From a virus, in the IMG/VR virus record IMGVR_UViG_3300046373_000172, positions 1-64,000 of that record: 64,000 nucleotides of DNA. One strand, written 5' to 3'. The translations under genes and the position numbers were made by a program. The first letter of the stretch is position 1. Each line of letters starts with the position of its first letter. The notes under the pieces are model-generated. The model saw only the letters and a list, made by a program, of their open reading frames with translations. It was not told the DNA's origin and made no database searches. Below, piece after piece: positions 45,397 through 54,100 of the stretch.

Positions 45397-45906
45397 ATTT
45401 ATGGCTTGCTGCTGGCCGAAATAGAAAGCCCGCCACCCAAGGGCTTGCTCACGCCAGGCTCGGCACGACGTGGCGTTGTGGGTTTCGGTCTCGGCAATGG
45501 CAGAGATCGGAATGCCGGCGGGTCCACGGTCAGACTCGGCGGCGGGTCCATCAAGGTCACCTGCCCAGGCGGCGTTGTATGCGCGCACCCAGCCAACGTT
45601 GACGCCATACATAGCATCGTCAGTGGGGACCACCAGGTCGTGAATGATTTGCACACTTTTCTCTCCCTGCACGTAAATTTTCTGAATCCGATCCCGATAC
45701 ACAGTCTCGGTCTTCGTCACCACTTTCACCTGAGCCTGTGCGATGCGCGTCGTCTCCGTCGCCTGCTTCATCACGTACTCAGTGTGCTTCTCGCCGGCGC
45801 GGCGCTCGCCTTGCAGGTTGCCCAGACCCCAGGCCGCCGTCACGATAACGGCCAGCGCGGCCCAGCGTGCCCAAGGTGGGAGGACGATCCCGGTGAGGTT
45901 CACCAC
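45391..45906 (-). CDS. i-spanin (Rz-like)
   Basis: N-terminal TM plus helical domain, directly after the endolysin. Confidence 0.8.
   Translation of the reverse strand: MVNLTGIVLPPWARWAALAVIVTAAWGLGNLQGERRAGEKHTEYVMKQATETTRIAQAQVKVVTKTETVYRDRIQKIYVQGEKSVQIIHDLVVPTDDAMYGVNVGWVRAYNAAWAGDLDGPAAESDRGPAGIPISAIAETETHNATSCRAWREQALGWRAFYFGQQQAINK
45399..45656 (-). CDS. o-spanin lipoprotein (Rz1-like) nested in the i-spanin gene
   Basis: Lipobox LAGC, Pro-rich mature part, GGAGAG RBS. Confidence 0.8.
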   Translation of the reverse strand: MCKSFTTWWSPLTMLCMASTLAGCAHTTPPGQVTLMDPPPSLTVDPPAFRSLPLPRPKPTTPRRAEPGVSKPLGGGLSISASSKP

Positions 45907-46415
45907 AGCACCTTGCGCGCCGCGTCGAACAGCGCCAGGCGCTCGGCCAAGCCGCGCGTGCCTCCGTTGATGCGCCGGGTCACCTTGACCTGGTCGCCGG
46001 TGTCAGCCAGCGCGTTCAGGTTCTTTGTGTCCCAGAACCAGCCGGCGCTGCGCGCGGCGTACTCTGGCAGTTCCAGCAGTTCCGGGTGGCTGATCAGATC
46101 GAGACCAAGGCTGAAGCCGCACGCCTTGTAATTGTCGCGGCCGGTCACCTGCAGCAGGCCGCGGCCCTTGTAGCGGCGGCCGTCGCCGGGCTGCGTGTTG
46201 CCCAAGTCGAGGCGGCCTTCATAAGCGTCGCCGACGGCCAACTCGCGCACCCAGCGCAGCTGACCGGACTCGTGCGCCACCTGGGACAAGAACGAGGCCT
46301 GGCGCGCGGGCGTGCTGATGTGGAACTCGATCATGGTGTCGTTCAGCGGCGCCAGGAACAGGCCGGCCCGGTTGCCGGCCAGCGGCATGATCGCGCGCAG
46401 TTGGTCGAGCGTCAT
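45900..46415 (-). CDS. Endolysin, glycoside hydrolase family 19
   Basis: FLSQVAHES, LGNTQPGDG, YKGRGLLQVTGRDNY, RINGG. Confidence 0.92.
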   Translation of the reverse strand: MTLDQLRAIMPLAGNRAGLFLAPLNDTMIEFHISTPARQASFLSQVAHESGQLRWVRELAVGDAYEGRLDLGNTQPGDGRRYKGRGLLQVTGRDNYKACGFSLGLDLISHPELLELPEYAARSAGWFWDTKNLNALADTGDQVKVTRRINGGTRGLAERLALFDAARKVLW

Positions 46416-46693
46416 GCTGGTTTCCGGCGGTCGCCAAGCAGGAACAGCGCGATGCCGACGGCGAACAGGCAGATGAAGATGTCGGACATGACGAAGCAGG
46501 ACAGCAAGCCGCAGGCGCCGGCCGTGGCCAGCACGACATAGGCGGCGCTGATGGTCAGCGTGGCCTCCTCCGACATCTTGGTCAGGGCGAACACCGCGTG
46601 GCCGGTGATGAACAGGCACGCCAAGGCCTGCAGCACCACAGTGAAGTGGTGCATCGTGGGCGTCAGATTGATGAGTTGTTCAAGGGTTGGCAT
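46412..46693 (-). CDS. Holin- or antiholin-like membrane protein (3 TM)
   Basis: Three hydrophobic segments, basic C-terminus, coupled to the endolysin. Confidence 0.65.
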   Translation of the reverse strand: MPTLEQLINLTPTMHHFTVVLQALACLFITGHAVFALTKMSEEATLTISAAYVVLATAGACGLLSCFVMSDIFICLFAVGIALFLLGDRRKPA

Positions 46694-46702
46694 GTCATTC
46701 TC

Positions 46703-47011
46703 CTATTTCAGCCAAGGTAGTTGGATGTCTTTCAAACGGTCCACGAGGGCTAGGAGGGCAGGGATGGCGCGCATCGCCACGAGGCCTGTGGCGAAGATGA
46801 CAGCGTTGTCTAGGCTGTCGGGTGCTCCGGTAAAGTGCACGATCAAGGGCGCTACGTAAATGGCCGCGATACCGCCGGTCGCAAACGACAACGCCGCTTG
46901 GGTCTTGGTCAGCTCCTTGGCATAGCGCAAGGAGATGGCCGAGCCCGCGAACGCCGCGATCAGGGCGGCGTACTTGATGCCGGCGATGCTGTCGGGCGTC
47001 GGCTGTTCCAT
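46703..47011 (-). CDS. Holin-like membrane protein
   Basis: Hydrophobic segments; GGAG RBS before ATG 47011; alternative ATG at 47023. Confidence 0.7.
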   Translation of the reverse strand: MEQPTPDSIAGIKYAALIAAFAGSAISLRYAKELTKTQAALSFATGGIAAIYVAPLIVHFTGAPDSLDNAVIFATGLVAMRAIPALLALVDRLKDIQLPWLK

Positions 47012-47022
47012 CGAAGGCTCCA

Positions 47023-47075
47023 TGACTGTTAATTTGTGGAACATTGTAACGTAAATTGCCTGTGGTTAACAGTCA
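47023..47075. promoter_or_regulatory. 10-bp inverted repeat enclosing a minus-strand TACAAT upstream of the lysis cassette
   Basis: TGACTGTTAA (47023-47032) and TTAACAGTCA (47066-47075). Confidence 0.5.
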
Positions 47076-47504
47076 GCTGAAGAACAGACGGCGCAGTACG
47101 AGGTTTTCGTACGACAGCACCGGCGTCGTCAGGACGAAGGCTTTCAGGGCCGCATCCACACCCGGCAGGTCCTTCGACACCAGCAGGTCGAGCGAGGCGG
47201 CGACGTCGGGCCGCTTCAGGTCGACCCAGTTGCGCGCCATGACGTTCTTCACCACCGCCTGCACCTCGTTGTCGGTGCTGGCCAGCACCGACATGGCCGC
47301 CGCGCCGAAGCGGTCGAAGAACGATCCGATGTCGATCAGCCACTCCGTGGGGTTGGGGGTGACGACGTGAAACTCACGCGCCGGATCAACAAAAATCGTG
47401 CTGCCCACCTGCCAGCCGTACTGGTCTTCGACGTACGTGATAAGGTCAGGGCTCTCGGCGAGCACCTGTTCACCACGCCGCAGTTTGTAAATTACGGCGT
47501 CCAT
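47073..47504 (-). CDS. Tail-fibre-associated or assembly protein
   Basis: Follows the putative RBP; IDIGSFFDRF...VDL motif. Confidence 0.6.
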   Translation of the reverse strand: MDAVIYKLRRGEQVLAESPDLITYVEDQYGWQVGSTIFVDPAREFHVVTPNPTEWLIDIGSFFDRFGAAAMSVLASTDNEVQAVVKNVMARNWVDLKRPDVAASLDLLVSKDLPGVDAALKAFVLTTPVLSYENLVLRRLFFS

Positions 47505-49138
47505 TAGCTCATCCCCAGGAGTTGTGCAATCGTGCCGGCGACCGTTCCGCGCGTGCCGGGGATGACGTTGGCCCGGTTGTCGAAGTTGCCTCCCTGGGCG
47601 TAATCGGTGTTCAGGGTGTAAGTACCCTTCGTACCGATGCGGCACTGCGCGCCCTTAGCCACGGTTTCCAAGGCCACGCCGAGTACAGATCGGCGCATGA
47701 CCTTGTAGACACCGAACTTTGGACCGACACCCGAAGTCGCTCCGACATAACTGAGGGCCAGCAATCCGCTGGAGGTCAACACGATGCAGGCGTCTGCCAT
47801 CGAGACGCTTGTGCCAGATTCAAACTGCGCGGCGTTGGGCGATGCGACTCCGGTAGGAGATACGCTGATGAGCCGAACGTCATAGAATGAGTTGGCATTG
47901 TCCCAGCCCACAGTCAACATGGCAAAGCCTGCCGCGCCCAGGCTCACCAGTAGGGTTCCGCAGTTGGACCGGCCGACCGAACTCCCACCAGAGCCACCAA
48001 TCCCGAGCGTCGTAGGAGGGAATATCGTGCCTCCGTTATTGTCAAAAATCGCCAGGCTCTGGTAATTTGCGGATTGGCGATTAGCGACACCAAACCCCGA
48101 CGAGGTAACTGCCAACGATGCCCACTCGCCGGGCATGCTGACGAGGGTATTTGTGCCCAGGTCTACAGTTGTAAGGAGGGAGCCAGCCGAGCTATAGACC
48201 AGTAAGTCAATATACCCATCTGTTGTTCCTGTAACCTGGAATACCAAGTTGCCGTTGGTCAGCTCGACGCACATCTGCTCGTAGTTGCCGCCCCCGTCAG
48301 CAGCCTGGCCGGCGTTAGACGCGATTCGCAGAGTGGTCACGGCGCCTTGCAAAGTGCCAGAGGCGTTATACCTCCCGAAGCGGTATGCCTGGTCAGCGGA
48401 ACGGGCGTAGGCAATCACAAAACCGCCTGCTGCCAGCGGCCGGACACACACGCCGTTGGCACTGCCACCTCCCACACCCTCTATGAGTGTCTCCACTCCT
48501 TGGAGAGCACCGGAAGAGTTAAAGCGGCTGAAGGAAAACGCTCCACCAGTCTTCAGGTACGCAATAGCGATGTCGCCGTTGGCAAGCACGTCAAAATTCC
48601 ACACGTACTCTGCCGCCGCGCCAAGTGTTGCCACCGCCGCCACGGCCACGGCAACCGTACCGTCGTTGTTGTAGATAGCCAGTTTTAAGCCGGTACTCTC
48701 CTGCCACACAATGGCAAAAGTAGTGGCATTGATCTTCTGTACCCGATAGCCAGAAATCCCCGAAGAAGAGCTGATGGTTGCTCGTGCGACCGTCCCACCT
48801 AGCAGACTCTTGATCCGAAGATTCAGTGCCGTGGTCGCTGTCGTACCATCTCCAGAGTACGTATAGGCAATGTTGCCATTGCCAAGTTCGCACATGGTCC
48901 GGGCGCGCCCGTAGCGCTTGCCCCAGTTTCCGCTAGCTTCGGACAGTGTAGGGGTAGCCACAACCTGGACGCCTGCCGTCGTGTTGTTCTCGTTGGCCAT
49001 CCCGGCAATTGGGGATGTAATGACTGCCACCCCCGACTCCGAATTACTCAGGAGGTCGCCTGCCGTGGTCGCCTGCCCTACTACAAGACGGAACGTCCCT
49101 TGTGGGTCCGCGTTTACAAAGTCCAGCATGTCGCTCAT
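47504..49138 (-). CDS. Putative receptor-binding tail protein with a propeller-like repeat core
   Basis: Repeats ELGNGNIAY, VLANGDIAI, LAAGGFVIAY, ELTNGNLVF; atypical codon usage. Confidence 0.7.
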   Translation of the reverse strand: MSDMLDFVNADPQGTFRLVVGQATTAGDLLSNSESGVAVITSPIAGMANENNTTAGVQVVATPTLSEASGNWGKRYGRARTMCELGNGNIAYTYSGDGTTATTALNLRIKSLLGGTVARATISSSSGISGYRVQKINATTFAIVWQESTGLKLAIYNNDGTVAVAVAAVATLGAAAEYVWNFDVLANGDIAIAYLKTGGAFSFSRFNSSGALQGVETLIEGVGGGSANGVCVRPLAAGGFVIAYARSADQAYRFGRYNASGTLQGAVTTLRIASNAGQAADGGGNYEQMCVELTNGNLVFQVTGTTDGYIDLLVYSSAGSLLTTVDLGTNTLVSMPGEWASLAVTSSGFGVANRQSANYQSLAIFDNNGGTIFPPTTLGIGGSGGSSVGRSNCGTLLVSLGAAGFAMLTVGWDNANSFYDVRLISVSPTGVASPNAAQFESGTSVSMADACIVLTSSGLLALSYVGATSGVGPKFGVYKVMRRSVLGVALETVAKGAQCRIGTKGTYTLNTDYAQGGNFDNRANVIPGTRGTVAGTIAQLLGMS

Positions 49139-50067
49139 TTAAGTCTCCATTCAGTGCCGTTGTACCAGACCCGGAATCTCGCGCCCGGGATCCGGCATGT
49201 CATGTCCTGGGCCAGGCCCATAATGTTCTTGCCATTTCTGGCGATCGTCAGAGCGTTGGTGCCGAAGGTCCCGGCCATGTCCTCGAATTCATACTCGTCG
49301 TTCGCCGCCGGCGTCGCCGGCATAGTCATGGTGATCGGGCCAGTGCGGGTGTCGACCGAGGTGCGCTTATAAAGCACTGCACCGGACGTGGTGGCAGACG
49401 TCTGGCCAGACTTGAGTAATAGCGACACCGTCGCGTCTACGTCCACCGTTAGCGTGCGCGCTGTCGTCGAGCCGCCTGTCGCGGTAAACCCGGTCGTCAG
49501 CGGCGTGATGCCGGCGCCGGGCGGACCTTGGATACCAGCGATCGACAAGTTCCAGTCGTTGAAGGTGCCGGAGCCGCCCGTCATCGTGACGTTCAAGACC
49601 AAGGTGGTGCCCGAGTACGACACCACCTGGCCGGCCATGTAATTCGAGTTGTTCGCCCGACTCACGCCGGTGATGAACACACCGCTGGTGTACTGCTCGC
49701 CGGTCTGCGTGACGAAGGTCTTGTTGCCGGTGCCGATCAGCAGGTTCGACGCCGACGTGCCGACAAAGGCGCCGGCGATCGCCGCGGCGCTGGCGGCCGA
49801 CGCCGCGGCGGCGATGGCCTGGTTGGTGGCGATCGTCGCTTGGGCTGTCGCCGTGCCGGCATTCGTGCTGGCACTAGAAGCCGACGCCAGGGCGGAATCC
49901 CTAGACGCGGTGCACGACGCCTCCAGCGTGGTAACGTTGGATTCAAGCGTATTGAGCTCGTTCTGCAGCGTCGGCAGCACAGCCATGAGCCCGGCGACGT
50001 TCGTGTCGAACGTGTCCTGGTCCTGGTTGCGATCCGGCAGGGTGGCCGGTAGGGAATTAACAGGCAT
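49135..50067 (-). CDS. Tail fibre or adaptor protein
   Basis: Ala-rich coiled coil, GPPG linker, C-terminal VDT..GPITMTMPATP...TIARNG..I.G...D..NGTEW domain. Confidence 0.75.
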   Translation of the reverse strand: MPVNSLPATLPDRNQDQDTFDTNVAGLMAVLPTLQNELNTLESNVTTLEASCTASRDSALASASSASTNAGTATAQATIATNQAIAAAASAASAAAIAGAFVGTSASNLLIGTGNKTFVTQTGEQYTSGVFITGVSRANNSNYMAGQVVSYSGTTLVLNVTMTGGSGTFNDWNLSIAGIQGPPGAGITPLTTGFTATGGSTTARTLTVDVDATVSLLLKSGQTSATTSGAVLYKRTSVDTRTGPITMTMPATPAANDEYEFEDMAGTFGTNALTIARNGKNIMGLAQDMTCRIPGARFRVWYNGTEWRLK

Positions 50068-51119
50068 TACACTTTTCCTTCAATTTGCAAGGCCATGTTG
50101 GACTTGGTGGGGAACGCGATGACATTCTTGAAACTGGAGAAGGTCCCGTACATCTGGGTCCACTCGGACTCTTTCCAGCCGATCCAGACCACCGGCGTCT
50201 GCTTGATTTTGGACAACATGTTCTGTACGGAATCTATCACATCGTTGCCCAGTTGTACATCCACCGACATCCGTTTGGCGAAGCCGCGCTCCACGGTTTC
50301 GCTGGTGCCGTCGACGTTGAAGCGGGTCGTCGAGTAGTCTTTCATCTCGGTCGTCAAGCCGTACTGGGACAGGCCCAGGCTGCGCACCGGGCCGATGCAG
50401 CACATGCCGCACGACGCCGTGCCGCCCGGTTTCCGGATCTCGATCGAGATCGTGGCGCCGATGTAGGCCGGCAGCGTGATCGAGAAGGCGGTGGTGCGGC
50501 GCACAATCTCGTTGAACGACCAGCCCCAGAAGCTGCTGGCGCTGTTCGACTGGACCAGGTTGTAAGTCTCGTCGGATACCAAGCCGGCCACCGGGTCGGT
50601 CATCGTCACCTGGATCTCGTCACCTTCGACCACGCCCAGGTAGAAGCCGGTCACCATCGAGGTCGATTTCAGGGTGATCGAGATGGCGTCGGCGCGCGAC
50701 GTCAGCGTGCTGTTGATGCCGTCGAACATGGCGCGGCGGTTGGTCACCCCAAGCCGGGTCCACTTGAGGGTGTCCGTCAGCGGCTGATTGAGGTTGCCGG
50801 CCACGTTCGACTTGTACAGATCGTGCACGTTGGTGCCGATGTTGGTGACGATGTCGCCCAGGGCGTAGGTGCTGGTGGTGGAATATGGCGCGTAGACCGT
50901 GGCCACCGGCTTCCACCAGGTCGGAGACGACGCCGGCGGGTGACCGTTGTTCGCGTTGTTCAGCGACTGGTAGATGACCTGCAGGGTGCCAGTCAGGACA
51001 CCCACCAAGGTGTCGACCGTGTAGGTGGTGCCCAGCACGAAGGCCGGCGCCAGCGTCTCCGGCACGTTGCTGGTCAACAGCACCGAATCCGAGATGGTGA
51101 GGGGTTGGATCACGTACAT
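50067..51119 (-). CDS. Distal tail structural protein with carbohydrate-binding-like inserts
   Basis: Immediately after the TMP; TYALGDIV...YKS...W modules. Confidence 0.7.
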   Translation of the reverse strand: MYVIQPLTISDSVLLTSNVPETLAPAFVLGTTYTVDTLVGVLTGTLQVIYQSLNNANNGHPPASSPTWWKPVATVYAPYSTTSTYALGDIVTNIGTNVHDLYKSNVAGNLNQPLTDTLKWTRLGVTNRRAMFDGINSTLTSRADAISITLKSTSMVTGFYLGVVEGDEIQVTMTDPVAGLVSDETYNLVQSNSASSFWGWSFNEIVRRTTAFSITLPAYIGATISIEIRKPGGTASCGMCCIGPVRSLGLSQYGLTTEMKDYSTTRFNVDGTSETVERGFAKRMSVDVQLGNDVIDSVQNMLSKIKQTPVVWIGWKESEWTQMYGTFSSFKNVIAFPTKSNMALQIEGKV

Positions 51120-51120
51120 G

Positions 51121-54100
51121 TTATACCTCGGTCCTTTCGTGCGGCAGGCCAGCTTTGTCCCAGCTGTCTTCGATGTCTTCTATGTTTTTCAGGCTCTTGG
51201 CCATGGCGTAGGTGCCTGCCGCAGCCTCTTCCCGGAAGCGCGAGATCTCGCCCAGGACACGCTCCATCAGCGCTTCCATCGCGCGGTTCGACGAGCCACT
51301 GCTGTAGTCGCGGAAGGCTTGCGCGGCGTGCGCCGGCAGCACGGCTTCGCCGGCGTGCAGGTTGGCGCGGTAGTTGTCGCGCGGGACCGACCACAGGCCG
51401 GATGCGTGCGAGCCGTCCGGGTTGAAGAACAGGTACTGCGCTGCCCCAAGTTCGCCGGCCGTGATTCCGGCTATGCCCGCCGCTTCGCGGTTGGCGGCCT
51501 TGGAACTGCCGCCGGCCTGCAGGATCGCCAGCGCGGCGGCCGTGTTGGTGCTGGACGCCGCGGCGCCGAAGATCCAGGTGGCGCCGTTGGTGCCGGCCGG
51601 CGTCGTGACAGCGGGCGTCGTCGGGGTCACCGGCGTGCTGGTGCCGCCCGTCGACGGGATCACCGTCGGCGTGGACGTCACGGGCAGGCCGGTCGAGCCA
51701 CCGCCGGTGACGATCGGGGTGCCGGTCTTGGCGGCCGACACAGCGCCGATCGCCGCCAACACCGAAATGTTGTAGGCGACCAGCGCATCCTTGATCGAGC
51801 GGACCTCGACGAAGGTGCCGTTCATCACGTCCAGCTGATCCTGCGCAGCCTTGATCTGGTCGTCGTAGCCCTTGACCTCCAGGTCGTACGCCTTCTGCAA
51901 CTCGTCGAGCTGCTTCTGGAAGCCGTCGTCGCTGGCGGTGGTCTGCTTCTTCAACTCCTCCAGCTGGTCCTTGGCCACCTTCAGGTTCTTGTCCGAGGTG
52001 TCGACGGCGCCTTTGGTCAGGTCGTTCAGCTCGGTCAGGTTGTTCTTCGTGACCTGGAAGTCGTACAGATAATCGCTGTACGACTTGAACATGTCTTCGC
52101 TCGGCGCGGCGACCGCCTTCAGCGCGCCGGCCAGCGCTTCCGAGTCCGGCGCCACGCCGGTGGTCTTGAAGGTCGTCAGCGCGGCGGCGATCTTGGCCTG
52201 GCCGGCGATGCGGTCGGCCACGGCTTCGGCCTGCACCGACATGCCGTCCAGGGTCGACTTCAAGGCGCTGGCCAAGGTGGTCAGCTTCTTGTTCTCGTCG
52301 TCCTTGACCGTGATCGCATCTTCCGACGATTTCACTTGCAGGTCCAGACTGTTCTTGGCGGCCGTCTTCTGGTCGTTCAAGACCTTGACCTGCGCGTCGT
52401 ACGCCGTCTTGGCCGCGTCCTTGCCGGTCGTGATGGCCTTGTTCAGCACCGCAAAATCGGCCGAGGCCTTGTCCTTCAGCTTGGTCAGCAACTCCGTGGC
52501 GTTCCACAGGATCTGCGTGGCGGCGGCGACGGCCGGGTTGAGCAGCTTCAGGGCGGCGGTGTGCTGCTTCTGCAGCGTTGCGGCAGCAGCAGCGGTGTTG
52601 CCAGTAGCCGCGTACAACTGCGACTGCAGGTCCAGGATCGAGTTCTGGTCGGCCAGCGCTTCGGCGGCGGCGGCGGCGGCGGCCTGCACGTCCCACATCT
52701 TGCGGGTCGCGTTGGCCAGCGCCGGCGTCATCTCCATCAGCGCAATCTTGTGCTGCTGCTCCGTGACGTAAGCCAGGTTCGCTTTGTCGTTCAGCGCGGT
52801 GTACATCTGCGCCTGGGCGTCCAGGATGCCGTTGGTCTCCTGCTGCTGCTTGGCCAATTCCTTGGCGTAGTCCTGCGCGGCCCAGGTGATCTTCAACTGG
52901 TCCTGCACGGCCTGGGTCGAGTGCTCCAGCTGGAAGGTGCGTTGCTTCTCCAGCACGATAGCCTGGCCGATCAAGCTGTTGCTGGCCACGTACTGATCCA
53001 TTTGCAGACCCAAAAGCGTGCTGGTCTCTGCGTCCTTTTCGTTCTTCGCCTTGAGCGCGATTTCCGCGTCGTTCGCAGCGCGCGCGGCGGTCTTCAGCAC
53101 CGGCGTCAGGTCCTTGATCGAGATCTCGAACTGCTCGTGCGCGACCTTGGCCGCCATCACTTTATCGTTGGTGGCGGCGTACAGGCGTGCCTGGAATCCC
53201 AGGAGCGTGTTGTGGTTCTCCATCCGGGTGTTGGCGGCCGTCTGCTTGGCCTCGGCCTCGTGCGCTGCGTTGGCCCAAGCCCGGATGTTGTCCGGCAGAT
53301 CGGCCACAGACGCTTCGAACTGCTTCTGCGCGACGGCAGCGGCCAGCGCTTTCTCGCCAGTGGCGGCGTAGAGTTGCGCCTGGTAGCCCAGGATCGAGTT
53401 GTTCTTGGCCGTTTCTTCGTTCGCCGCCTTGGTGGCGAGTTTGGCGTCGTTCGCCTTGGTCGCCATCACTTGCAGGTCTGGTGCCAGGTCCTGGATCGAC
53501 TGGTTGAACTGGACCTGCGCGACCTGCGCGGCCAGCAGCTTGTCGCCGGTCGCCTCGGCGTATTGGCCCATGTAATCGAGCATGCTGGCGGTGTGCGCCA
53601 GTTCGGCGTTGCGCGCCTTCTCGGCCTTCTCGACGGCCCACAGGTCTTTCGACGCGGCCTGCAGGGCGGGCGACATGTCTTTCAGCGCGATCGTGTGCTG
53701 TTCTTCCAGCACGCGCGCGGCGCCGGCTTCGTCTTTCAGCGTGCCGTACATCTGGGCCTGCAGACCCAGCACCGTGTTGTGGTCCTCGGTCGCCTTCTTC
53801 TCGGCCAGCTTGATTTGCAGGCTATCGTACAGCGCAACATTGGCGCTGTTGATCGTCAGCCGCTCTTTGTCCTTCAGCTGCTGCGACGTCATCGTGGCTT
53901 CGTCGTACTGATCCTGCAGGGTTTTGCCCTGGTCCAGGATCTCGACCATCGTCATGGCGGCAGCGCCCGTGGCGGCAATCGCCGGGTGCAGCTGTGCAAA
54001 GCCGTCCTGCAACTGCATCAGCGAGTTGAAGGTTTTCACTTGCGAGGAGTCTGTCAGGTCCAAGCCGGACACCAGGGCCTTGAACTCGTCCCGGGTCTTC

